NCBI GenBank assembly: GCA_973895155.1
Contig: OZ316894.1
Span: 18,134,563-18,198,562 of the forward strand
Length of the DNA stretch: 64,000 nucleotides
From: Marsupella aquatica
Lineage: Eukaryota > Plantae > Marchantiophyta
Direction: 5' to 3'
Shown here: positions 1 through 11,534 of the stretch, one piece after another
How the letters are laid out: the number at the start of each line of letters is the position of its first letter
Position numbering within the stretch: the first letter of the stretch is position 1
Notes under the pieces: model-generated
The model's database searches: none
Told to the model about the DNA's origin: nothing
The model's input: only the letters and a program-made list of their open reading frames with translations
Program-made: the position numbers and the translations under genes

Positions 1-3000
1 ACCCACACTTACTCTATTAACATTGGCTGTCCCGTGGAGTTCCCCGTCATTGAATCCAAGTCCTTTAAGTGCTGCCATGAGCTGTGGATCAAGGAGACCT
101 TCCACCATGCCCATGTCTGAAGGGTCTTGTGCTACAGCTTTGCCAGACTGTGCATCTAGATCCTCCATTTGTTTCTCTAGAGTCTTCGCCAGCTCAAACT
201 CTGCATCTGCCTCATCAATCTTCCCCTCTCGCCTCAAGCCCAAGGCCTTCCGTTTGTGTGCCAGGGACTCTTGTTGTAGCTTCTTTCTATCTTTCCCTTG
301 GCGTAATTCCTGGCGTACTTGTTCTTTGTGGGTTTGAGCATGACTGGAAGCAGCTTGAGACTTATCAGGGGACACAGTTTCACTCAGTTTCTCTGGACTG
401 GTCGACGAGGGTGTACCTCCAGTTTTGGATTGACCGTCAGGTGACTGGTGCTCCTCAGTTGACGACTGCGTACCCGTTTCCAGTTGCTTCTCCAGGAGTT
501 TTGCTCGCCTTAACTCCTCTCGTGCTTCGCTATTCTTTCCCTCCCTCTTCAGAGCCAAAGCACTCCTCTTCAGCATCTTTATCTCTTCTTGAAGTGAAGG
601 TGTAGCTCCCCCAGCAGTACCTGCTGCAGGTGCATGGTTGTTTGAGCTTGGACCTGCTGCTTCATTGAGTACGAAATTTGCATCGTGATCAGTTGAGACG
701 GAATTCATATGCTTAGAAGGGACAGAAGATCTTCCCACTGAACCTTCTATATCTTGTTTACCAGATGCAGATGACGCAACAGGCCCAGCACTCGTGCTCT
801 GTTTAAGTACAGGGTTATTTTGTTGCCTTCCTCCCGATATGGTAGATCCAGTATTCTGCAGCTGCTGCTTGTTGTCCAGTTTTTTTACATTCGCTGCTGC
901 ATCTCCTCGCAATTGCACAGATGAGCTGTCCTTAGAAGGAGGTTCCCTAGAAGGATGTCCCAGCCCAATGCTCTGAAGAGCAGCCAACAAGCTCGAGTCA
1001 AACACATCATCTTCCTCTTCGCTGTCATCTTCCTCAAGAACATTTTCTGTAGGTGCATCCCATGTTTCACCACTAAGCAAGTCAATAGACGGTACTTGTC
1101 CTGAACCTGCCACTGGAGCATCTGGAACGGAGGGTGGATGGTCAAAGAGTGGAGGGAAGAAATCCGTTGTGCTTCCTATCTCGCCATATTCTCCTTCAAA
1201 GGAGGGGTCACGAAACTGAAAATCCTCTCTCATGGTCTCTTCGCTTTCCTTATCCGGACCATGGCTGTGGTTTATGCTTGCAGACTTCATAATTGCATGC
1301 CATATCGGATCTACAGCTGGTTCTGTAGCCATCTTTGTATAGGGTGGATTGGCTATATCAAGCTTGTGCCCACTGCTCTGGTCTTTCTTTTCTAGCCCAG
1401 CTTTTACCGCTTTTGAAGGCGCAGGGAGAGTATTCTTATCTGTTCTATCAGCAGGCTTTTCTGGCTCCCGTTTCCACCCAAAGGCCTGCAAAGCATTGAG
1501 CAACTCCGGGTCCTGCATATCTTCGTCAGTCACATCCTCATCATCAGATTCATCGCCGAAAGCACTCGGTCCAGCTGGGACAGACTGCTTCGAATGGGAA
1601 ACTGACTCCTTGTGAAGGTTCTTGCCTGCATCCGATGCTGCATTGTCAATCTCTTGCATCTCTTTTTCCAGTACCTTCCCTTGCTTTAGCTCTAATTCTG
1701 CCTCATCCACCTTTCCTTCACGCTTCAAAGCCAAAGCTCTACGCTTGTGGGCAAGAAGTTCCTTCTGAAGCTGGAACTTTCTGGCATGATCCTTCGGGGG
1801 GAGTTTCACAGCCTTATATGGCTGTACTGGTATGGGTGAACTGTGTGTTGCAATGTCTTCCTCTTTCTCGGGTTCCTTGTCTTTCACAAATGTATCCTCT
1901 TCTTGCCAACCAACTGACTTCAATGCTGCAACCAACTCCGGGTCCATGAAATCATCTGCACCAACCTCCACTTCCTCTTCCTCGTCTTCCGAAACGAATC
2001 CTGCAAGTGGAAGAGTCGGAACAGGCGTCTGTCCTTTTCTTTGCGGAAATTTGGGAACGCTAGCGGCTGGTTGAAGGCCATTTGCTTCCAGATTCTGCTG
2101 CATCTTTTCTAGCTTTTGTTCAAGAACTTTGGCCTGTTTAAGCTCCTCCCTTGCCTCCTGAGCCCTTCCCTGCCTCTTCAGTGCAAGTGCAGACCTCTTG
2201 ATAGAAAGTATCTCGTCCTGTAGATTCTTCTTTTCTAATGGGCTGGGCTTCACAATACTCTGCAATGGGGGTGAAGGCTCTTCCTCCTCAAATCCCATTG
2301 CTTTCAAAGCAGCCATCATCTCAGGATCTCTCATATCATCGTCATCTACATCTACACCATCATCGACGTCGTCCAAAAGGTCCTCCAATCTCACTGTCCC
2401 CGAACCCTTGGGGCCTCCCGTCGGTTTGCTGGATGCTGCTGCGGTTGATCTAATCGGGTGAGAACTAATGGGTTGAGACTTCAGAGCTTCAAGCTTCTGC
2501 TCTAATACTTTAGCTTCCTGCAGCTCAAACTTCGCTTCAGCCACTTTTCCTTCACGTTTAAGGGCTAATGCTCGACGCTTATGAGCCAATATCTCACTCT
2601 GCAAACTTGATTCTTTTGCCACAGACTCAGCAATATGGAAAGCCTCCGGGCCACCTGTCTGGGGATCTCGAGATCGTTCCATGTTTGCTGCTTCTTCCTC
2701 CCATCCCATGGACCGGAGAGCTGCTATCATACTCGGATCATGGATATCATCATCTGTCACATCTACATTGGGGTCATCATCGTCCTCTGCGAGGCTGAAT
2801 GAAAAAGGGATGTCAGCTTCGATTGGAGTTAAACTCGAGCCCTTTCCTCGACCCATACTCGCTTCCTTGTTCAAACTCCGCATCAAAGCAGCCAACTCAT
2901 CATCGTCATCCTCATCTTCATCCTCCTCTTCTAACAGCGCCATTTCCTCCAACTTCCTTTCCAACAATTTGGCCTTCTTCAACTCTTCCTTAGCCTCGGC

Positions 3001-4984
3001 TGCCTTTCCCTCGCGCTTCAAAGCAAGGGCTCGTCTTTTATGAGCTAGAATCTCAAGCTGAGTAGGGCTTTGCTTGGCAGGTTTTTTCTTGCTTTCGTCG
3101 TTTGGCAAAGAATCGCTTATCTCTGCTAACAGGTCCATATCAGATGTTGGGCCCTTCTTAACCTTTTTCTCAGAAAGATCTGCTTCTTTCCACCCGAGGT
3201 CCTTAAGAGCATTGAGTAGGTCGTCGTCACCTCCATCTTCGCTCGACTTTTTTGCAGTCAGCACGTGACGAGAAAATGCTCTCTCCGGTCCTGAGCTTTG
3301 GCTCCCCGCGTCCTGTACATCAATTAAGGTGAGATTCGATTGTCAAAAGAAAGGAAATCAAATATGTCTTAAGTCAGAACTAGGTCCAATTAATCAATCT
3401 AAGGATAAAGCAAGAGTCCTCTAAGGATTTACCGTGAACAGTTTTGTCAAACTCATTGCCTTTCTAACCTTCGACGACCAGAACGCATTGGAAATCGTTA
3501 CCTTCGCACTCTCAGGTGACTCCCTGTTGGATGCCTGCACAGGACCATCTGTTGATACGGTTGCTTCTGCTTGGGCTTTGCGCTGACTGATCGCCAACTT
3601 CTTGAGCGATAATTCAAGAGCGTCCGCGTCACGGCCTAATTCTTTGTGTCGCTTAAACGCTTGTAAGGCTTCTGCATTCTTACCTTCTCGCTTCAAAGTG
3701 GAGTATATCTTCTTCTGTTCAGAGGCTTGCTCTCTTAATTTTTCAGGAGAAGTATTTTCTTCTTTTGATTCAATTATTTTGTCCTTCGAAGGTGACACTT
3801 CCGCACTTCCATGATGACCGTCGTCTTCACCGCCCACCAATTCACTCCCACTGGAGATCAGGGAGTGCATGTCATCACCCAATATTTCCTTCACCAATGC
3901 GTCATCCTCTGCTACGCTGCTCGCCTTTGACGCACCTGTAAAATTGGGAAGTACCAAAGACGTTGGCATCGCTATTTTGCATCTCTCGTGACCTAATTTG
4001 AAATTTGACAAGCCTGGGAGGAGAGCAAGTGTCCCGAACCTTTCCTGCCTCTGTAGCGAGCTTGGAAGCGAGCAGCCTCTTCGAGCTTCTTGCAGGGCTC
4101 ACAAACGCGCACTGCGGTATCACCCTGGCCACGCAAGAACACTTTCGAACTCGAACAAGTTCCACAGAATATGCCTCCACATCTGCGACAGTGATGCTAA
4201 ACGGATATTGCAAGTCAGACACTGGACTTAACTAGCCAGGAAACACTGAAGATAAAGAGCCTCGCCAAATTTCGCCATCCAAGCAATTCAAACGAGTTAC
4301 AACAGTCTCAAGAAGAAAGTAAGGAGCCCGGATTACGAAATTGTCGGATTCCAGACACGTAGCGCTCAGAGTGAATGAACAGGGGAGAGCCTTGACAAAT
4401 ATTCTTTTCACAAATTTCAATAATATGCCATCCACGGTAACGAATTTGTCCTAATTATCAATGAAAGACATCCTGTAGGATAGCCCAATCTCGGATTTCG
4501 TTAACATGGTGCAAATGAGGAGGAACATAAAGCCTCAAGTTTCTAGTCTCACTGGAGTGACAAACAGAAACTTAAAAAGCCAACACAAACAGGGGATGCC
4601 ACATCAATCTACTCGGCAATTCCAAATTTCGGCAACGAGGCCATGAGCTCTGGATGAGGAGAACTCTATCGGCTTCAGCGATGGTAAACCTCACCGGAGT
4701 ACCCCATCGCAGAGCAGAAACGTAACAAGCCAATTCCTGAACCGACGGAACCGAAATATGGTTCAAACGCGTATCACGTCAATCAACCAGTTCAAATTAA
4801 GTACCACACCAGACGCAGCGAACTCAAATCCACGGCTAAAGAACAGAGAGTAAGGCACGGTGTCTACCTTACGATTGAAGAGAGAGAACGGAGTTTGACA
4901 GGTTTGACAGGACGATGCGTCCAACACCCAGGACGAACCCTTTGCTGCCGGTTTTGCCGGCAACCCGATCTTCTCAATCCCCAT
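1..4984 (-). CDS. FYVE4: FYVE-domain endosomal protein, FYVE4/AT1G61690-like; 3' end runs out of the window. Exons 4984-4868, 4196-4040, 3935-3502, 3312-~13 (possible donor GTAAGT starting at 12)
   Basis: The spliced translation [39 protein letters not shown]|[44 protein letters not shown] has the FYVE WxxD, RKHHCRxCG and RVC motifs. GT-AG junctions keep frame. The 3.3-kb fourth exon is in one frame at every point checked and carries repeated [13 protein letters not shown] modules. The N-terminus matches my recollection of Arabidopsis AT1G61690. Confidence 0.88.
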
Positions 4985-5536
4985 CGATCCTCTCGGCGGT
5001 TCACCAAAACTCGATGTCACAGTCGATCTCCAGGACTGCTCTGCTCTGTTCTGTTCTCGAATCAATCTAGCAAGCAAGTAGTGAGTGACTAAAACACGGA
5101 GAGAGAGCAGGAACGCCAGGCACTCGAGCCTACGTCTGCACTCACACGACAATCATGGACCCGAAGATCTTCCGATCACTTCATCCCGTCACTGCGAATT
5201 GCACCGACGAAATTGAAAGGCGCCGACCACAATCTAAACTTGTGGGAGGAGAATCCTTGTCCCCAGAAGACGGTCATGGGCAAATGGATCGATCTTCAGG
5301 CGCAATTGAATGGAATTTGCAGGTGGTGACTCCGATGACCACCAAAGGCGCGTGAAAGCTTTTCTGTGAGGGAAAGCCCCGCGCACTAGAGCACTGTCCT
5401 ACTGAAGACGGAAGATGGGCTACTGTACTGCGGTATTGCCTTGTACCTACTGCAGTACCGAGGGCTCTACTGTGGTAGTCTGGGAACCTCGTACGGGTCG
5501 TGGTAATCTTACTAACGTATAGGGTAATGACAGTTT

Positions 5537-5960
5537 GGACAGTTTGGTCTGGGGTTATTAGCCTTACTAGATTGTAACCCTCTGACCAAAAAGTGAGTAA
5601 ATCTTGACCGGTGACAGCAAGGAAGTATTTCTAAGCTTTGTGTGAACAGATTTTAGAGTAGAACCCCAGCCCAAACAAGCATTATCATAGGTAATGCCTG
5701 TCCCGAAAAAAGACTATGGGGTGATTTTTTTGGGCAAAGGATTATGGAAATGGTAGCGCCTAGTAGAAAAGGTTACTCACATGTAACCCTTTCTTCCTGA
5801 CAAGAATAATTACAAAGTATAAATGCAAGTCCGCTATGGGGTTACTAGCCTGTAACCTGGGACCAGAAAATGAAGAAAACCTGAACCAATGGTAGTTGGG
5901 AAGGTTTTTCTGAGTTGTCTTGAGCATAGTTTGGGTTAGAACCCCAGCCCAAACATGCCT
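5537..5960. mobile_element. Two diverged Tourist/Harbinger-like MITE copies (~5537-5680 and ~5825-5960) within a ~290-bp tandem duplication
   Basis: Left end gtttggtctggggtt is the imperfect inverted complement of right end aaccccagcccaaac. The right ends (ccaaacaagc, ccaaacatgcc followed by tta) resemble Tourist TIRs with a TTA target. Flanking sequence (ttttgggca..gattatgg) is also duplicated. Confidence 0.5.
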
Positions 5961-6413
5961 TATAATACATAATTTCTAACCAGAAAAAGTTTACTTTTGG
6001 GGCAATAGATTATGGGAATAGCAAGTGAGTCCAGAAATTAATGTTTATATGCCAATAACCTGCCTTCCTGGCAGAATTTACCCTTCTCTATTTTCGAGGG
6101 CTACAATCTAGAGACTTCTGATAATTAACACCTACAATACAGGGTAGTTGACTTACAAATTTGTAGTGCCAAAGTTGATTGAAACCAAAGCAAGGAGGAG
6201 ACCCAAAACACACAATAAAGGGATCTAGGAGAAAAATGTAGGGGGGAATATCAAGGAGTATTTGTTGTCATCTATCCTCCCACCTCTTAGGCTATGTTGC
6301 ACCAATTACACAAAGCCCCAAAAGTGTTCCATCCATGTCAATCCTGTTTGTGACATTCGCCACAAAGTAAAACTGAACTCATTTGTGAGAGTGAAATGGG
6401 CCAATCTTGTACA

Positions 6414-6756
6414 TGTTAGGTATTTACTCAAGGTCTAGGGTTATGGCATGTAACCGTAGTTAGACTAACCGTAGTCGGAGACGTGGTTAGGTTAACTAGG
6501 ATGCACACTATATGCCAAGCGGTGGTTGCTTGGATAAGTGGAACTTAGGCTCATTGTTACGGAGCCACTTGAGAGATGAGGAGAGCTTACACTGTGGAGA
6601 CTTGGTTTAGCCGACGGGCTTAGAGTTTAGTAAAGCTCTCTTGTGTGTTCCCGTGGACGTAGCCTCGAGGAGGTGAACCACGTATCTCTTGTGTCGACTA
6701 CTTGCGCGTTGGATGTGTCATGTGCTTATCGTTATGAGTGTCATCTATGCTCAACA
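6414..6756 (+). repeat. 5' LTR (343 bp)
   Basis: Starts with TG directly after the TSD and ends with CA 2 nt before the PBS. Confidence 0.85.
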
Positions 6757-8225
6757 ATTGGTATCAGAGCATGCCTGGCAGGTGACATTGTTCGTGACGG
6801 GATTTCATGACGGTTTTTTTTTTCAGCGTTGAGTGTCGGTGGATTTCCCGGAGTTTCGTCGCATGGAACTTGGATTTTATGGGCTCAACGGATAGATCGG
6901 GGCAAGGGCTTTCTAATGGTGCGAAGAAATCACTGAACGGAGATTGTGGTGCGGAGAGATCTAAGTTTTCATCGTTCTGGATGTTGTGAAGAAAGTTGGC
7001 AACATTCATGCTCGACGGTTTTTTCAGAGGAGGGACCAGAGTTTGTTTACTCGATGGTGTGAGCTCTATGGCAAAGGAGACGTCACATACTATAGCTCCG
7101 CTTGTAGATCGGGACGAGCTGGTCGTTTTGGTAGTTGATTTGATACCAAGTGAGTACCGTGTGCGACGGGACGAGAAAAAGAAGCGTTCTGATTTTCTGA
7201 CCGGCTATGGAGTCTTCTTTTGCCTGAGCGGGATTTCTCGTCATTGCGCTCGACTCGGAGGGAGAGATGTGAAGTACTTGGGCTTAACGGAGAGATCATG
7301 AAGAGGTGATCGTTTTGAGTCCAAGATTGACGGTTTTGCCCATGGGAGGAAGGAGTTCTGAGTTTTTGCCACTGATTGACCAGAAAACGGTGCGGGTGTG
7401 CAAATCTTTCCAACCCTCCGACATCGGTTTCTGATTCCTCACCTTAATCCGAATGTTACAAGGTGCAAGCTCTTTTCGTTTGATTTCCACAAGCATTTTT
7501 GGATTTCTTATGGGCCGATTTTTTGTTCAAAAAATACTCTCTCTCTCTCTCTCTCAAAAGAATAAGCTGACGAGGAGAGGATCAGCCTTGGATCAGCATT
7601 AGCATGAATATGCCTTTCCTCAACAACGAGGACATACAAGAGACAAAGCTGCAGGACACTTGTAAAAGACAAGATACCTAAAATATATGATATATGTATA
7701 CAGCACAGGATACCATGCACATATAATATCCACAACCAATGCCCAAACAAAAAGCTTCCCGCTATACTATGACTACCATCTCAACCGTTGATCTATCCAC
7801 AGAATATCTGGGCCATCTATGCACAAGGCAATCTCAAAAGATTACCCTAAAATATGACCCCGCATAGCTGCGCTGCCTTCCGCAAGAATAGCCAGAAATA
7901 TTCTATATCCATATGCCACTTCCTGCAGTCTACAGAGACACAAGGAATCACCAGAGAAATAGCAAGGCATGGCAGCATGAGTATCGTGCGACATTGGTAG
8001 ACAGCACAAATGGCAAGCAGCTCGTGAGGGGTAGAGGATTGGAGCGCTGGAAGGAGAACGTGCAATGAGCAACTAAATCAACAGCATCCAGCTGACAGTC
8101 ACTCGTGCTCACAATGAGCTCCCAACCGGTTCAGGTGCTACATCACAGACACGTAGCTGCATATCTAAAATGTTTGAATGTGCAAAATTACTTGAATGTC
8201 TGAATGCCGCCTCTGTATGAACAAA

Positions 8226-8512
8226 TGACGATTTAGAATAAATAGAATGTTGTGGTGGCTCGCCTATTTCCGGCCCATGTCTCCCCATAGCCGTCTAGAC
8301 ATTGTTGCAGAAACATGGGACGCGGAATCGTATGAATGAAATACGATCTCACTCCAGTGGCGGGGGCTGAACGTACGAAGTCACTGGAGGGGTGAATAGA
8401 TATCGTCCGTCTATTCCTGGAGAGAGATTATGGACTATGCTCAATGTTGTGGACACAGCATTAGAGTAATATTGTCACCTAGTACAGGCCCAGTGACTAA
8501 TTTCACCTGGGT
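8226..8512 (+). ncRNA. Candidate structured RNA (or ssDNA) element, copy A; family unknown
   Basis: Helices: 8226-32/8471-77, 8264-73/8417-26, 8274-83/8310-19, 8327-33/8341-47, 8352-61/8380-89, 8394-8401/8409-16, 8438-50/8455-68, 8488-93/8507-12. Compensatory changes relative to copy B. Confidence 0.6.
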
Positions 8513-9796
8513 AATAGCGTAATGAGTCTAACCTGTAAGCAAGGGTGATCTTTCACTGTCACAGAGGAAATTTATGCTTTGATATCGATAACAGGTGAAA
8601 TCCTATGTCAATGTCTTTATTAAAGGCTTGATAACTAAAAGTGGTGGCCCTCCCACCACGTGCCCGTCCAAACTCGTTTCTCAGCCTTGAAACAAGTCGA
8701 ACCTTGCACTAACACGGAATGTTGGGGCAAGTTCTCCCCGACTATACTCCTTGTCGTCAGCGACCCCTCCCATACGAAGCCGCACTTGCCCTCGTCAGCA
8801 CAACCGTCGCTCAACGGTCTTTGCTATCTGCACAAGCAACCAACCAACCGGTAAGAACTTGTCTTGATCTCGGAACTCCCAAGACCCTTGTCTTGCCTCA
8901 AGCTCAACAGTTGTTAGTAAGTAGGTCAGCGGATAGAGCCTCCCAGGCCCGCATGGCCTTGCCATAAGCTGAAACTAAGGTCGACATCACTGTTCGTCCA
9001 GAACAGTCTATCTACCGGATGTCGCCCAAGCTTCCCCACTTTCTACCCGTCAATGGCTGACCGCCCTGCCTCCAGGACATGCCCATGGCCCAAACTCAGT
9101 TTGTCACAAACTAGTAGTAACACGCCGGGACCATTCAGTTTCTAGATCTTAGCCACCTCTCTGCGAAACCGGGTTTCGCTCAACCTCTCACCATGCATCG
9201 GGACCAGATCTCAATGGCAGCCCCCAGAGTCTACTTGGTTCTACCTCTCCAACATCAGGTCCCCATGGGAACCAAATGCGGTTTGGTCACTGTTCGACTT
9301 CGGATCGGCAAGAGGGACTCCCCCCATTGCAAGCCTCAAAACCAAAATCATCCAATGCACAATCAGAGAGCACCATGAGGTAGATTTCTTCATTAGCTTT
9401 CCAACGAGCCCAAGAACTCCCCCAACGGAGATCCGGTCGTCGAGTTATGTTTGTTTCCGCTTCAAAACTCGAAACGACGTATCTTCGTTGATCGCGATCA
9501 GCTCGAGCTCAAACTTGAGAGGACCACTCCCCTCATATATGCTTCTGGGGACCTGCCACCCCCGGACCAGCTTTGGTCCCCTATCTTTGGCCCCCTACCC
9601 AAGGGTCCGTGGGCCCCGCCACTTAGCTCGAAACGAAGATAATTGAAAACCTTCTGTAACTTGGCCTCGAGCGCAAATTATGGCATAAGGGGCTAAAAGT
9701 TACGGCCCTAACCCCGCTCTGGTCCAGGCAACCCCCCCTGGTCCAGGCAACCCCTTCTTGGTCCATCGATGCGCGGCGACTCTAATCGAGTCTAAA

Positions 9797-10258
9797 TCGG
9801 CCATAACTTTTGGCCCCTAGGTCCGTTGGCCAAAAAATATGCGGCCCCATGATCGGGCTCATGTGGGGCTTCTCAGGCCCCTATGGTGATCCGTTGGAAA
9901 AATAGTTCATTTTTCCGTGATCGGCAACGGGCCCAAACTACAAGCATGCGGCTTGAGTCGGCCATAACTTTTGGCCCCTGGGTCCGTTGGCCGAGAAATA
10001 TGCGGCCCCATGATCGGGCTCATGTGGGGCTTCTTGGGCCCCTATGGTGATCCGTTGGAAAAATATTTCATTTTTTCATGATCGGCAACGGGCCCAAACT
10101 ACAAGCATGCGGCTTGAGTCGGCCATAACTTTTGGCCCCTGGGTCCGTTGGCCGAGAAATATGCGGCCCCATGATCGGGCTCATGTGGGGCTTCTCGGGC
10201 CCCTATGGTGATCCGTTGGAAAAATAGTTCATTTTTCCGTGATCGGCAATGGGCCCAA
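9797..10258. repeat. Tandem array, 161-bp unit, ~2.9 near-identical copies, inside CpG-rich TE-like sequence
   Basis: tcggccataacttttggcccc recurs at 9797, 9958 and 10119 with only a few substitutions per unit. Confidence 0.95.
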
Positions 10259-10545
10259 TAAAGTTAAGTGGAGCGCGCTTTTCTCAAGTCTTGTCCTTGC
10301 TCTTACTAGCCTCCTCTTTGTTAGTTGCATCCCTAATGGCCATGATGGTAGCAAATCTAAGAGGGGCTCAACGCTGGAGTTAGGCAACGCCGGAGCAATT
10401 ACGAGTAGGTGAAAGTTGTAGTCGCGACTCTAAACTATCTATATGGTGTAAACTTATGTTCATATGTATCTGTATACTCATGTTGTTGCACTGGGAATCA
10501 ATGGAATAGCGAACATGTGAACAATAAGACCTATTGCAGGTATTA

Positions 10546-10811
10546 CCCTATACTCCAAAAACCTTTTCCTAAAAGGGGCAACACATGATGACCCATATGA
10601 CCTGGCTTCTTATTACACAAAAGACCAACACATGCCATAATACGTCACTACTGCGCCCTATACTCCAAAAGAATATTTATAAAAAGGGCAACACATGATG
10701 ACTCATGGCCTGACATCTTATTACACAAAAGACAAATACAGGCCACAGTACTCTGGTACAGAAATATAATATGCCCTATGCTCCAAAAACTTATTTAAAA
10801 AAAGGGCAACG
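10546..10811. repeat. Diverged ~110-118-bp tandem repeat, ~2.3 copies
   Basis: ccctat(a/g)ctccaaaa...aaaaggggcaac recurs at ~10546, ~10656 and ~10774. Confidence 0.75.
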
Positions 10812-11231
10812 TGACTGCAACTTCCCGCTATACATGTCTGGCTACCTGAGCCATGGATTTACCCAAAACGGATCTGGAACGTCCAATGCCAAATGGATCC
10901 TAGAAGGATACCCTAAACTAAGAACCAAGACAACGGCGCTACTAACAAGCAGCCCAGCCAGCCACAGCAACTTCTGAACACAATCCACACCACTAGCACA
11001 TCCAACACTGGAACGCTGCTAAAACCAAGAAGAGACAACAACTGACACAACACTGGAGGGACCAAGCAGATCGTGGGACACTGGAGCACAGCAAGGCGTG
11101 GACTGAGGAACAGTGACTCTGCATCAGCCAGCACATCGTGACTCCATGGGGACGCACCAAAATCAGGTTCACAGCATATGTCCATTTGTGATTAATAACT
11201 CACATATGAATGATGTCTCTCATTGAATGGA

Positions 11232-11534
11232 TGACAATAGAACACTGCCGATGTAGAAAAAAAATATGCCTGGATGACTCGTCTTTTACCGGCCCATGTC
11301 TCCCCGCAGCCGTCTAGACATCGCTGTAGAAACATGGGACCAGAAATTGTGTCTACTGTAACATAATTTCAATCCAGTGGCGGGGGCTGAACGAAGACAT
11401 TGGATATGTGAATGGAAACAGTCCACCCATTCCCGGTAGAAGAACACGGCCTATGCTCAGTACTGTGGACACAACACTCGAGTAATGTTGTCACCAAGCA
11501 GCACCTGGTCTTGAACCAAATTAAACAGGGTGCT
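11232..11534 (+). ncRNA. Candidate structured RNA (or ssDNA) element, copy B; family unknown
   Basis: Helices: 11232-38/11487-93, 11282-92/11433-43, 11293-302/11329-38, 11343-52/11361-70, 11372-81/11396-405, 11410-15/11427-32, 11454-66/11471-84, 11500-07/11526-34. Confidence 0.6.

Noticed and set aside
8226-8512. Assignment of the structured element to HDV-like, hairpin or hammerhead ribozymes, group I/II introns, RNase MRP or telomerase RNA
   Set aside because: The required motifs were not found in both copies: no HDV L3/P1.1, no group II domain V, no matched group I P7, no MRP CR-I/CR-V and no telomeric template. AGAAACA is present but lies in a helix without the hairpin-ribozyme partner strand.
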